Shown here piece after piece: positions 38,028 to 45,849 of a stretch of 64,000 nt of DNA (position 1 is the stretch's first letter; the number at the start of each line of letters is the position of its first letter). Origin of the DNA: Candidatus Limnocylindrales bacterium (GTDB lineage: Bacteria > Chloroflexota > Limnocylindria > Limnocylindrales > CSP1-4). The stretch spans positions 613 through 64,612 of the forward strand of contig DASSHB010000039.1 of NCBI GenBank assembly GCA_035693125.1. Direction: 5' to 3'. Position numbers and translations under genes: made by a program. The notes beneath the pieces are model-generated. The model did not search any database. It was not told the DNA's origin and worked only from the letters and a program-made list of their open reading frames with translations.

Positions 38028-39266
38028 ATGGACACCCTGATCGAACCGGGCGCTGGCGTCTCCGACGCGGAGTTGACGGCGCTTCGCGACACGGTGGCCG
38101 CGGCCGAGGCGGAGTACCTCGAGGAGCTCGCCCGGCTCGTCGACACCGACTGCGGCTCGTACACGCCGGCGGGCGTCGACGAGATCGGCCGTTTCGTCGG
38201 GTCCTTCATGGCCGCCGACGGAGCGCGGGTCGAGGTCCGGCCGGACCCCGACGGGCGGCTCGGGGCGACGGTCATCGGGACGTGGGACGGCGCCGCCGGG
38301 ACGGCAGGCGGCCCGCGGATCCTCCTGATCGGCCACATGGACACGGTCTTCGATCCGGGCACCGCCGCGGCTCGACCGTTCGCGATCGATGCAGCGGGCA
38401 TCGCCCGCGGTCCGGGCGTGACGGATATGAAATCGGGACTGCTCGCCGGCCTCCATGCGGTGCGCGCGCTGCGCGCCGCGGGGCCGCTGCCGTTCGAGCG
38501 GCTGACGTTCGTGGCGAACCCCGACGAGGAGATCGGCTCGCCGAGCTCGACCCCCCACATCCGCGAGATCGCGGCGGAATCGGACGTGTGCCTGGTCCTG
38601 GAGTGCGCTCGGGCGAACGGCAACATCGTGTCGTCCCGGAAGGGGATCCTCGACGCTCGCGTGGAGGTCCACGGGCGTGCCGCGCATGCCGGGGTCGAGC
38701 CGGAGAAGGGCCGCTCGGCGATCCTCGCCGCGGCCGATCTGGTGACCCGGCTCCACGCGTTGAACGGGCGCTGGGACGGGGTGACGATCAACGTCGGCGT
38801 GATCGGCGGTGGCACGCGGCCCAACGTCGTCGCCGAGTCCTGCTCGTTCGAGGTCGATCTGCGGGCCGTCCGCCGCGCCGATCTCGAGGCAGCCGAGGCC
38901 GTCATCCGCGCCGAGCTGAGGCGGCTCGCCGTGCCCGACACGACTGCCGAGCTGACCGAGATGGCGCGATGGTGGCCGATGGAGAAGCTCGAACGGTCCG
39001 GCCGGCTCGTCGACCATGCCGAGGCGGTCGCCCGCCGGCTCGGCTTCGAGATCCACGACCAGGCCACCGGCGGCGCATCGGACGCGAACACGACCGCCGG
39101 GATGGGCGTCCCCTCGATCGACGGACTGGGCCCGATCGGCGGACGGGACCACTCGCCCGCGGAATACCTGGAGGTCGCCTCGATCGTGCCGCGGACCGCG
39201 CTGCTCGCCGGGCTGCTCGCCGCGATCGGGCGCGACCCGGCCGTCCTGGGCTGGCGCGCCGGGTGA
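38028..39266 (+). CDS. M20-family metallopeptidase (glutamate carboxypeptidase / dipeptidase-like)
   Basis: 'ILLIGHMDTVF', 'GVTDMKSGL', 'NPDEEIGSPSS' and 'HGRAAHAGVEPEKGRSAI' are the M20 metal-binding and catalytic blocks. The ATG at 38028 (MDTLIEPGAG) is used. The ORF upstream from 37890 is junk. It is divergent from the CphA-like gene, with a 100-bp intergenic region. Confidence 0.75.
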   Translation: MDTLIEPGAGVSDAELTALRDTVAAAEAEYLEELARLVDTDCGSYTPAGVDEIGRFVGSFMAADGARVEVRPDPDGRLGATVIGTWDGAAGTAGGPRILLIGHMDTVFDPGTAAARPFAIDAAGIARGPGVTDMKSGLLAGLHAVRALRAAGPLPFERLTFVANPDEEIGSPSSTPHIREIAAESDVCLVLECARANGNIVSSRKGILDARVEVHGRAAHAGVEPEKGRSAILAAADLVTRLHALNGRWDGVTINVGVIGGGTRPNVVAESCSFEVDLRAVRRADLEAAEAVIRAELRRLAVPDTTAELTEMARWWPMEKLERSGRLVDHAEAVARRLGFEIHDQATGGASDANTTAGMGVPSIDGLGPIGGRDHSPAEYLEVASIVPRTALLAGLLAAIGRDPAVLGWRAG

Positions 39267-39652
39267 GCGGGCGGCAGCTCGTGTCGAGTGGCGGCCCGTA
39301 CGAGGCGGCCTACGGCTACAGCCGCGCCGTGGCCGTCGGCGACGGCTGCTGGGTCGCCGGCACGACCGACGCCGGGCCGGACGGTCGATCCACCCACGCG
39401 GGCGACGCGGCCGGCCAGGCGCGGGCCGCGTTCGGGATCGCCATCCGGGCCCTCGCGGACGCGGGGTTCCGGAGCGAGGAGGTCGTCCGGGTCCGGATGT
39501 ACGTGGTCCGGGCGGAGGATGCGACGGCCGTCGCCGGCGTCAACGGCGAGCTGTTCGGGTCGATCCGGCCCGCCGCCACCCTCGTCCGCGTGGCCGGGTT
39601 GATCGATCCGTCGCTCCTCGTCGAGGTCGAGCTCGAGGCGCGCCGCGCCTGA
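39263..39652 (+). CDS. RidA/YjgF-family reactive-intermediate deaminase
   Basis: 'SSGGPYEAAYGYSRAV...' (the GPY motif) and the C-terminal 'RPAATLVRVAGLIDPSLLVEVELEA' are typical of RidA. The GTG at 39263 overlaps the M20 stop (GTGA). An alternative GTG is at 39281. Confidence 0.65.
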   Translation: MSGRQLVSSGGPYEAAYGYSRAVAVGDGCWVAGTTDAGPDGRSTHAGDAAGQARAAFGIAIRALADAGFRSEEVVRVRMYVVRAEDATAVAGVNGELFGSIRPAATLVRVAGLIDPSLLVEVELEARRA

Positions 39653-39701
39653 CGATGGCTGGCGCGGATCGCGACTCGCGGCTGCTCGCCGGGCGACGCG
39701 A

Positions 39702-39989
39702 TCAGCGGTCGGTGGTGCGCGTTGCCTGGCCCACGCGTCCGTAGACGATGGCGACGGCCGTCTTCGTCTGGTAGCCGCTTGCCTCGGAGAACATCGCGCC
39801 GGCGTGGCGGAGGGGCATGACCGTCATCGAGACGATCCATTCGCCGCCGGCGGCTCGGCGGCCGGCATCGTCGGCGACCGCCCCGAAGATCGCCCTCGGG
39901 TCGAGCTCCTGGCCGCTGTCCAGCGGCTCGTAGACGACGATCGCCTGATCCGGACCCGCCGGCAGCTCGACCATCTGGATCGGATCCAT
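39702..39989 (-). CDS. hypothetical protein (95 aa)
   Basis: GC3-rich ORF 'MDPIQMVELPAGPDQAIVVYEPLDSGQELDPRAIFGAVADDAGRRAAGGEWIVSMTVMPLRHAG...'. No recognisable motif. Confidence 0.35.
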   Translation of the reverse strand: MDPIQMVELPAGPDQAIVVYEPLDSGQELDPRAIFGAVADDAGRRAAGGEWIVSMTVMPLRHAGAMFSEASGYQTKTAVAIVYGRVGQATRTTDR

Positions 39990-40004
39990 CGCGCCCCCTT
40001 CGAG

Positions 40005-40334
40005 CTACTCCCAACCGGCTCCGCGGCCGGCGATCGCGATGATGACCGCAACGAGCAGGCCGAGGAAGAGGTTCCGCCGCCAGGCGACGAGCGCGATGCA
40101 GGCCCCGACTGCCAGCCACGGCAGGCCGACGACGACGAGGGATTGGCCGTTCCGTGTCTGGACGACGGTGTTGACGGTCGCGAGCGAGGCCAGGACGGCA
40201 GGTCCCACCAGCTGGAGATAGGCCAGGGCGCGCCGCGGCAGCCGGTCGATCGCCGGGTTCAGGAGGCCGATCGCCCGCGAGGGATAGGTCACCGCCCACA
40301 TCACGACGGCGAGCGGGACGAGGTCGGTGCTCAC
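40005..40334 (-). CDS. azlD: AzlD-family branched-chain amino acid transport protein (small subunit)
   Basis: The real product starts at the GTG at 40332-40334 (VSTDLVPLAVVMWAVTYPSRAIGLL..., ~109 aa, three to four TM). This overlaps the azlC stop (GTGA). The long ORF to 40724 is Arg/Gly-rich junk. Confidence 0.65.
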   Translation of the reverse strand: MSTDLVPLAVVMWAVTYPSRAIGLLNPAIDRLPRRALAYLQLVGPAVLASLATVNTVVQTRNGQSLVVVGLPWLAVGACIALVAWRRNLFLGLLVAVIIAIAGRGAGWE

Positions 40335-41269
40335 GACGGTCGGCCGCGGTCGTCGGTCGGGTGATCGTGGACCACTCCGGGCATCCCGAAGCGCTCGGCC
40401 GAGGCCTCGGTCCCGAGGGGCGCGGTCTCGCGCGCGGCAGCCTCGGGGACGAGCAGGCCCGCGAGCGGACCCGCGATGCCCCCCGCGATCACCCCGATCG
40501 TCGGATCCCACGCGACGGAGGCCGCGACCCCGATGACGCCCCCGGCGATGGCCGCGACCAGCTCGCGCCGCCCGGTCAGCAGGGTGACGGCGAGGCCGCC
40601 CATCGCGGCGGGGAAGATCACGTCGATGCCGAGCGCCTTCGGATCCACGACGGCGCCACCGAGCATCACCCCGGCGAACGTCGCCACGTTCCACGGGATC
40701 AGCGTCGTGACGATCGCCGCCCACCAGTAGCCGAAGCCATCGAACCGGCCGATCCGCCGGAAATGGGCGATCGTCAGCGCGAACGCCTCATCCGTGAGGA
40801 GGTGGGCGGCGACGGCCCGCTCCACGAACGAGCGACCCCGGAACCACGGGGCCATGGCCGCGGAGTACAGCACGTGGCGGGCGTTGAGCAGGAGCGTGAA
40901 GAGCGCGATCGCCGGCCAGCCGAGACCGCGCGCCACGAACCCGACGGCCGCGAACTGGGCCGCGCCCGCGAACGCCACCAGGCTGAACGCCATCGCCTCG
41001 AGCGGCGAGAAGCCGGCGCTGGTCCGCGCGGTCAGCCCGAAGACGAAGCCGAAGCCGGCCGCGCTGACGACGATCCCGAGGCCGTCGATGACCAGCTGGC
41101 GCCGAGAGGCGCGGAGATCGCCCGCGCCGCCCGCTGCGGGATCGGTCAGCGGAGGAAGGTCTTGGCGCAGGTTCCGTCGCAGACGACGAACAGGGCGTGC
41201 TTGTCCAGGGCGTAGCCGGCCACGTGGAGCAGGCCGGGACAGCCCGTCGTGGGGCATTTCCAGACCCAC
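40331..41269 (-). CDS. azlC: AzlC-family branched-chain amino acid permease (large subunit); start uncertain
   Basis: 'LVIDGLGIVVSAAGFGFVFGLTARTSAGFSPLEAMAFSLVAFAGAAQFAAVGFV' matches the AzlC N-terminal region. The M1 (41269) and M5 starts would overlap the small ORF at 41146..41418 by ~120 bp. I found no ATG/GTG/TTG between residues 41 and 65. Confidence 0.6.
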   Translation of the reverse strand: MGLEMPHDGLSRPAPRGRLRPGQARPVRRLRRNLRQDLPPLTDPAAGGAGDLRASRRQLVIDGLGIVVSAAGFGFVFGLTARTSAGFSPLEAMAFSLVAFAGAAQFAAVGFVARGLGWPAIALFTLLLNARHVLYSAAMAPWFRGRSFVERAVAAHLLTDEAFALTIAHFRRIGRFDGFGYWWAAIVTTLIPWNVATFAGVMLGGAVVDPKALGIDVIFPAAMGGLAVTLLTGRRELVAAIAGGVIGVAASVAWDPTIGVIAGGIAGPLAGLLVPEAAARETAPLGTEASAERFGMPGVVHDHPTDDRGRPS

Positions 41270-41418
41270 CAGCGGCTCTGCCCGTCGAGCGGGGTCGTCT
41301 CGGCCTTCAGCGTGTCGGCCAGACCCTCACGCGACGTTACGAGGGCACCCACGCGCGCCGAGCGTTCCGCTTCGGTCTCGCTCGTGTACGGGTAGTTCTG
41401 GCCGACGTTCGAGGTCAC
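41146..41418 (-). CDS. small Cys-rich hypothetical protein (90 aa)
   Basis: '...WWVWKCPTTGCPGLLHVAGYALDKHALFVVCDGTCAKTF' has a CxxxxC...CxxxC arrangement suggesting a metal-binding microprotein. GC3-rich. Its status is unclear because of the overlap with the azlC 5' region. Confidence 0.3.
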   Translation of the reverse strand: MTSNVGQNYPYTSETEAERSARVGALVTSREGLADTLKAETTPLDGQSRWWVWKCPTTGCPGLLHVAGYALDKHALFVVCDGTCAKTFLR

Positions 41419-41570
41419 GGGGCCTCCCTCGGGCTGGGCGAAGAGAAGCCGGTGGCGGCAGTCGTGTGAGCGCAGCGCGCCACCGGAGCCCCGAGTCTAA
41501 CGCGAGGACCCGCGAGACGGAATGACCGCGTCGTCCGTTGGCCTTGCGGCGCGGGCGCCCGGCCCGAGCG

Positions 41571-43253
41571 CTACCAGACCGCCGGCAGGCCGGCGCTCCG
41601 GGGGTCCGTGGCCGCCGCCAGGGAGCCGCCGTCCTGGGCCGGCCCGCCGTTCACGAGTTCGATCCCGTGGGCGTGCCCCAACGCGCCGTTGAACGGGATC
41701 GTTCGCTTCAGCGGATGGCCCATCGCCTCTAGCGCATCGAGCACCTCGGCGGCGTAGCGTCGCTCCGCGCGGACGTTGACGGGCGGGGTGAAATGGGCTG
41801 GGCCGTCCACGAACCAGCGTGGCGCCCCGACGGCGCTCGCGACGTCCAGCCCGCCATCGACCAACGCGGACACGACCTGGGCGTGGATCTGCGGCTGGGC
41901 GTCCCCGCCCATCGACCCGGTCACGATCCACGGCCGCCGCTCGCCGCTCCGGAACAGCATCCCGGGGAGGAGCGTGTGGAGGGTCCGCTTGCGCGGCGCC
42001 AGGACGTTGGGATGATCCGGGTCCAGGGAGAAGTACGAGCCGCGGTTCTGGTAGTGGATGCCGGTCACGGGATCGACGACGCCCGAGCCGAAGCCCATGT
42101 AGTTCGACTCGATCAGGCTGACCGCGTTGCCCGCCGCATCGACCGTCGCGAGGTAGATCGTCCCGCCGCCGCGCGGGTTGGTCGCCGCCGGCGGCATGGC
42201 GGCCCGGGCGGGATCGATCGAGCGGGCGAGCTCGGCGGCGTAGGCCTTCGAGATCAGCCGCTCGACGGGGATGTCCAGGAACTCCGGGTCCGTCAGCCAG
42301 CGATCCCGATCGGCCATCGCCAGCTTCGCGGCCTCGATCCCGAGATGGACCCAGCGCGCCTCGGCGACCCCGTTCGGCCCGAACGCCTCGGGCGCCGGCG
42401 GCTCGAAGGTCTCGAGGAGGTTCAGGAGCTCGAGGGCGACCATCCCGGAGCTGTTGGGCGGATGAGTCGTCACCCGGACGCCGCGGTAGTCGGCCGCGAT
42501 CGGCTCCGTCCAGGTCGAGCGGTGCTCCCGGAGGTCCCCCGCGGTGATCAGCGACCCGACAGCGGCCAGCCCGGCGGCCTGCCGATCGGCCAGGTCGGAG
42601 TCGTAGTAGGCATCGAAGCCGTCGTCGGCGAGCCGCCGGAGGGTCGCCGCGAGGGCCGGCAGGCGGACCAGCTCGCCCGGGTGCCACGGGCGTCCGGCCG
42701 GTCGGTAGACCTGCTCGAAGCCCGATCCGGGGCCCAGCGCCTCAACGACTGCCGGGAGCGTCGTCTCGACCGCCGAGATGAAGCCGTCCCACGCGGGGAA
42801 TCCGTCCTCCGCGAGCTGGATCGCGGGGCCCAGGATGTCCGCACGTGACAGGCGGCCGTGACGGGCGTGGGCATCGCCCCACGAGCGAACGGCACCCGGG
42901 ACGGTGATCGTGTGCGGACCGCGCGCCGGCAGCGTCTCGAGGCCCTGGGCGAGCATCCGCCCCGGATCCGCGGCGGCGGGTGCCCGGCCCGATCCATTCA
43001 ACGCGGTTTGGTTGCCGGTCGCCTCGTCCCAGATGAGCCAGAACGCGTCGCCGCCGATCCCGCACCCGGACGGCAGGACGACGCCGAGGACCGCATTCGT
43101 CGCGATCGCCGCGTCGACCGCGTGTCCACCGCCGCGGAGGATCGCCAGACCCGCGGCCGTCGCCAGATGATGCGGCGCGACGACGGCTCCGTGCCCGCCG
43201 CGGACCAGCGGCTGCGGGACGAGCGGGTGCGCCCGGGTCTCGACCTCGGCCAT
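41571..43253 (-). CDS. ggt: gamma-glutamyltransferase (GGT, Ntn hydrolase)
   Basis: Part of a 1318-aa run-on ORF. The ATG at 43251-43253 (MAEVETRAHPL...) gives 561 aa. 'GGHAVDAAIATNAVLGVVLPSGCGIGGDAF', 'TITVPGAVRSWGDAHARHG' and the catalytic-Thr region 'PRGGGTIYLATVDAAGNAVSLIESNY' are GGT signatures. Confidence 0.8.
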   Translation of the reverse strand: MAEVETRAHPLVPQPLVRGGHGAVVAPHHLATAAGLAILRGGGHAVDAAIATNAVLGVVLPSGCGIGGDAFWLIWDEATGNQTALNGSGRAPAAADPGRMLAQGLETLPARGPHTITVPGAVRSWGDAHARHGRLSRADILGPAIQLAEDGFPAWDGFISAVETTLPAVVEALGPGSGFEQVYRPAGRPWHPGELVRLPALAATLRRLADDGFDAYYDSDLADRQAAGLAAVGSLITAGDLREHRSTWTEPIAADYRGVRVTTHPPNSSGMVALELLNLLETFEPPAPEAFGPNGVAEARWVHLGIEAAKLAMADRDRWLTDPEFLDIPVERLISKAYAAELARSIDPARAAMPPAATNPRGGGTIYLATVDAAGNAVSLIESNYMGFGSGVVDPVTGIHYQNRGSYFSLDPDHPNVLAPRKRTLHTLLPGMLFRSGERRPWIVTGSMGGDAQPQIHAQVVSALVDGGLDVASAVGAPRWFVDGPAHFTPPVNVRAERRYAAEVLDALEAMGHPLKRTIPFNGALGHAHGIELVNGGPAQDGGSLAAATDPRSAGLPAVW

Positions 43254-43255
43254 CG

Positions 43256-44617
43256 TCACGCGGCTCCCGGTTCGCTGGTTCCCGCCGCGAGCTCCGGCTG
43301 CTCCATCGCCAGTCGATGCTCCGCGTTTCGCAGGAATGACAGCGGCAGCAGCGCGACGATCAGGACGGCGATCGTTCCGAACAGGAGCCCGTCGATGCCC
43401 TGCCACTCGGCCGCGTAGCCGCCGATCAGGCTCCCACCGATCTGGCCGAACGCAAGGAACACCGAATAGAGGCCCATGATCGCGCCGCGATCCTTCGGGA
43501 ATTTCTCGGACATGTCGGCGAGCAGGCCGACAGCGGCGGGAGTCGCACCCGCGAGGACGAACAAGCCCCCGGCCGCGACGGCGGCGGCCGCGAGCGGCAG
43601 GGCGATCGGCATCCCGTCCGCATGGTTCACGACGAACGCGCCAATCGCCATCACGCCGCCCCCGAGGATGCCCATGCCGATGATCGTGGTGCGACGGAAC
43701 GTCTGGAACCGGTTGCCCCAGTACAGCAGCCCGGCCGCGAAGACGACGCCGATCGCCACGGCCGCGAGCGAGATCTGCATCGGCGAGAAGCCGCGCATCA
43801 GCAGCTGTTCGGGGAAGCGCGGATTCGCCCGCGAGAAGTTGAAGATCGCCTGGCTGAACCAGAGCCCGATCGAGGCGTTCACCGCGACCCATGTCGGGGC
43901 CAGGAGCCAGACGTGCGACGAGCGCAGCAGGTCGACGTAGCGGTGCAGGTCCATCCGGGGCCGCCGCGCGGCCGCCCGCCGTTCGGCCCGCTCGAGGCCC
44001 TGCCGATCTTCCACGCCGAGGAAGTACACGAGGAACGAGGCCCCGTAGACGAGCGCGTTCAGGAAGAACGCCGCCGGCCCGATCGCCGCGAAGAGCAGCG
44101 GCGCGGCAACGAGTCCGACCCCGATCCCCGCCAGCGTCGCCCCCTCGAACCGGGCGGCCGCCTTCCCTCGGAGCAGCTCGTTGCCCGCGGTCACGAGCGC
44201 GATGTAGCCCAGGATCGATGGAACGCTCGCCGCGGTCGACGCGCCTTCGAGGACCCGCGTCCCGCCCAGGACGGCGAGGTTCGTGGTCAGGCCCGTGAGG
44301 ATCACCGCCACCGCGCCGAACGCCGGTCCGGCCAGCATCATCCGGTGGTGGCCGAACCGGTCGGACAGGACACCGAACAACGGCGAGAGGATCAGCTCGC
44401 TGACGTAGAAGGCCGCGTACAACCAGGCAATGGTCGTGGCCTCGATGAACGGGCCGCCGTGGAGGTGGAGCTGCGACAGGTAGATGCCCAGCATCGTCCC
44501 CGTGAGGCCGGTGCTGAAGCGGAGCGTGAAGGTGCCGCCGAGCACGGCCCAGAGGGAACGATCCATTCCCTTCCAGCGTAGCGGCTCGGCGGGATGGACC
44601 ACGGCAACCGATGTCAC
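43256..44617 (-). CDS. MFS transporter
   Basis: 453 aa and polytopic ('GTFTLRFSTGLTGTMLGIYLSQL', 'ILSPLFGVLSDRFGHHRMMLAG'). Its stop abuts the ggt start (2-bp gap). An alternative start is the internal MDRSLWAV. Confidence 0.7.
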   Translation of the reverse strand: MTSVAVVHPAEPLRWKGMDRSLWAVLGGTFTLRFSTGLTGTMLGIYLSQLHLHGGPFIEATTIAWLYAAFYVSELILSPLFGVLSDRFGHHRMMLAGPAFGAVAVILTGLTTNLAVLGGTRVLEGASTAASVPSILGYIALVTAGNELLRGKAAARFEGATLAGIGVGLVAAPLLFAAIGPAAFFLNALVYGASFLVYFLGVEDRQGLERAERRAAARRPRMDLHRYVDLLRSSHVWLLAPTWVAVNASIGLWFSQAIFNFSRANPRFPEQLLMRGFSPMQISLAAVAIGVVFAAGLLYWGNRFQTFRRTTIIGMGILGGGVMAIGAFVVNHADGMPIALPLAAAAVAAGGLFVLAGATPAAVGLLADMSEKFPKDRGAIMGLYSVFLAFGQIGGSLIGGYAAEWQGIDGLLFGTIAVLIVALLPLSFLRNAEHRLAMEQPELAAGTSEPGAA

Positions 44618-44726
44618 ACCCCTCGTACGGACGTTCGGCCTGCTCCGGTCGCGAAGTCGGAGCGCGAAATCTCGGCGTCCGCCCCCGTATCATCCGGCCC
44701 TGGGGAGTGCCACTCTGGAGGGAGCC

Positions 44727-45575
44727 GTGGCCCGCATCGCGTTCGTCACCGATTCGGCGTCCGACCTGGACGCGGCGGTCGCCACCGCCCGCGGGATCCG
44801 CATCGTCCCGCTGGAGGTCACCTTCGGCGACGAGAAGTTCCGGGCCGGGGTCGACCTGTCGACCGCGGCGTTCTGGGAGCGGATGACGGCGCCGGACGCC
44901 CCGTTCCCCAAGACTGCCGCCGCCTCGCCCGGCGACTTCAAGGCGATCTACGACGGGATCTTCGCCGAGGGGGCCGAGGCGATCATCTCGGTCCACGTCT
45001 CGGGCTCCCTGTCGGGTGCGATCAAGAGCGCCGAGATCGCGCGCGGGATGCTCGCCGACCGGGAGATCCACGTCGTCGACTCGCAGGGCGCCTCGATGGC
45101 GGAGGCGATCCTGTGCTTCCTGGGCCAGGAGCTCGCGGCGAGCGGGGCCGCGCCGGTCGAGATCGCCGCCACCCTGACGACGCGGGCGAACGACCTGCGC
45201 ATGGCGGTCTCGCTCGAGACGCTCGAATACCTGAAGCGCGGTGGCCGGATCAGTGCCGCACGGGCGGCGCTCGGGACGCTCCTCTCGGTCAAGCCGATCA
45301 TCGAGGTCGAGCATGGTCAGGTCGACGTCGCGGAGAAGCCGCGGACCCGCTCCAAGTCGCGCGAGCGCTGCATCGAGATCCTGTGCGAGCGGCCGATCGA
45401 GCAGATCTCGATCCTGCACACGATGGCCCCCGACGTCGACGCCTTCCGCGACGAGGTGATCCGGCGCGGCAACCTGAACCCGGACGATGTGATGGTCTCG
45501 ATCGTTGGCCCCTCCGTGGGGCCGCACCTGGGCCCCGGCTGCGTCGGCGCGGCGGTGCTGTACCGGTCCGCCTGA
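44727..45575 (+). CDS. DegV-family fatty-acid-binding protein
   Basis: 'ARIAFVTDSASDLDAAVATARGIRIVPLEVTFGDEKF', 'AIISVHVSGSLSGA' and 'MAVSLETLEYLKRGGRIS' are DegV signatures. The GTG at 44727 follows a GGAGGGA RBS. The ORF opens at 44484. Confidence 0.75.
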   Translation: MARIAFVTDSASDLDAAVATARGIRIVPLEVTFGDEKFRAGVDLSTAAFWERMTAPDAPFPKTAAASPGDFKAIYDGIFAEGAEAIISVHVSGSLSGAIKSAEIARGMLADREIHVVDSQGASMAEAILCFLGQELAASGAAPVEIAATLTTRANDLRMAVSLETLEYLKRGGRISAARAALGTLLSVKPIIEVEHGQVDVAEKPRTRSKSRERCIEILCERPIEQISILHTMAPDVDAFRDEVIRRGNLNPDDVMVSIVGPSVGPHLGPGCVGAAVLYRSA

Positions 45576-45849
45576 GGCGGCTGGGAGGGGCTCGCCAACA
45601 GGCGGGCTGGCCGTGCCATTCGGCCGGGAGGATCAGGACCTTGGTTGCGGGTCGGTTGCGGCCGAGTTGCGCTAGGGTCATTCGGCGAGGACCGTCGCGG
45701 AGACGCCCGGCTATACTCGCAGCGGCATTTGACGCGCCGATCGCCCAACGACGCGAGCGGCGCCCCGTGGGGTCGTCCGGGAGACGACTCGGAACCTTGC
45801 CGCCCCGGCCCCGATCGGGGGAGGCGGCCACGGAGGTCCACTTCACACC

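Noticed and set aside
41571-45527. 1318-aa minus-strand ORF spanning ggt, an MFS gene and more.
   Set aside because: It is a run-on ORF. Only the distal 561 aa (from the ATG at 43253) is GGT. The upstream part is out-of-frame junk overlapping the separately called MFS gene (43256..44617) and is antisense to degV.
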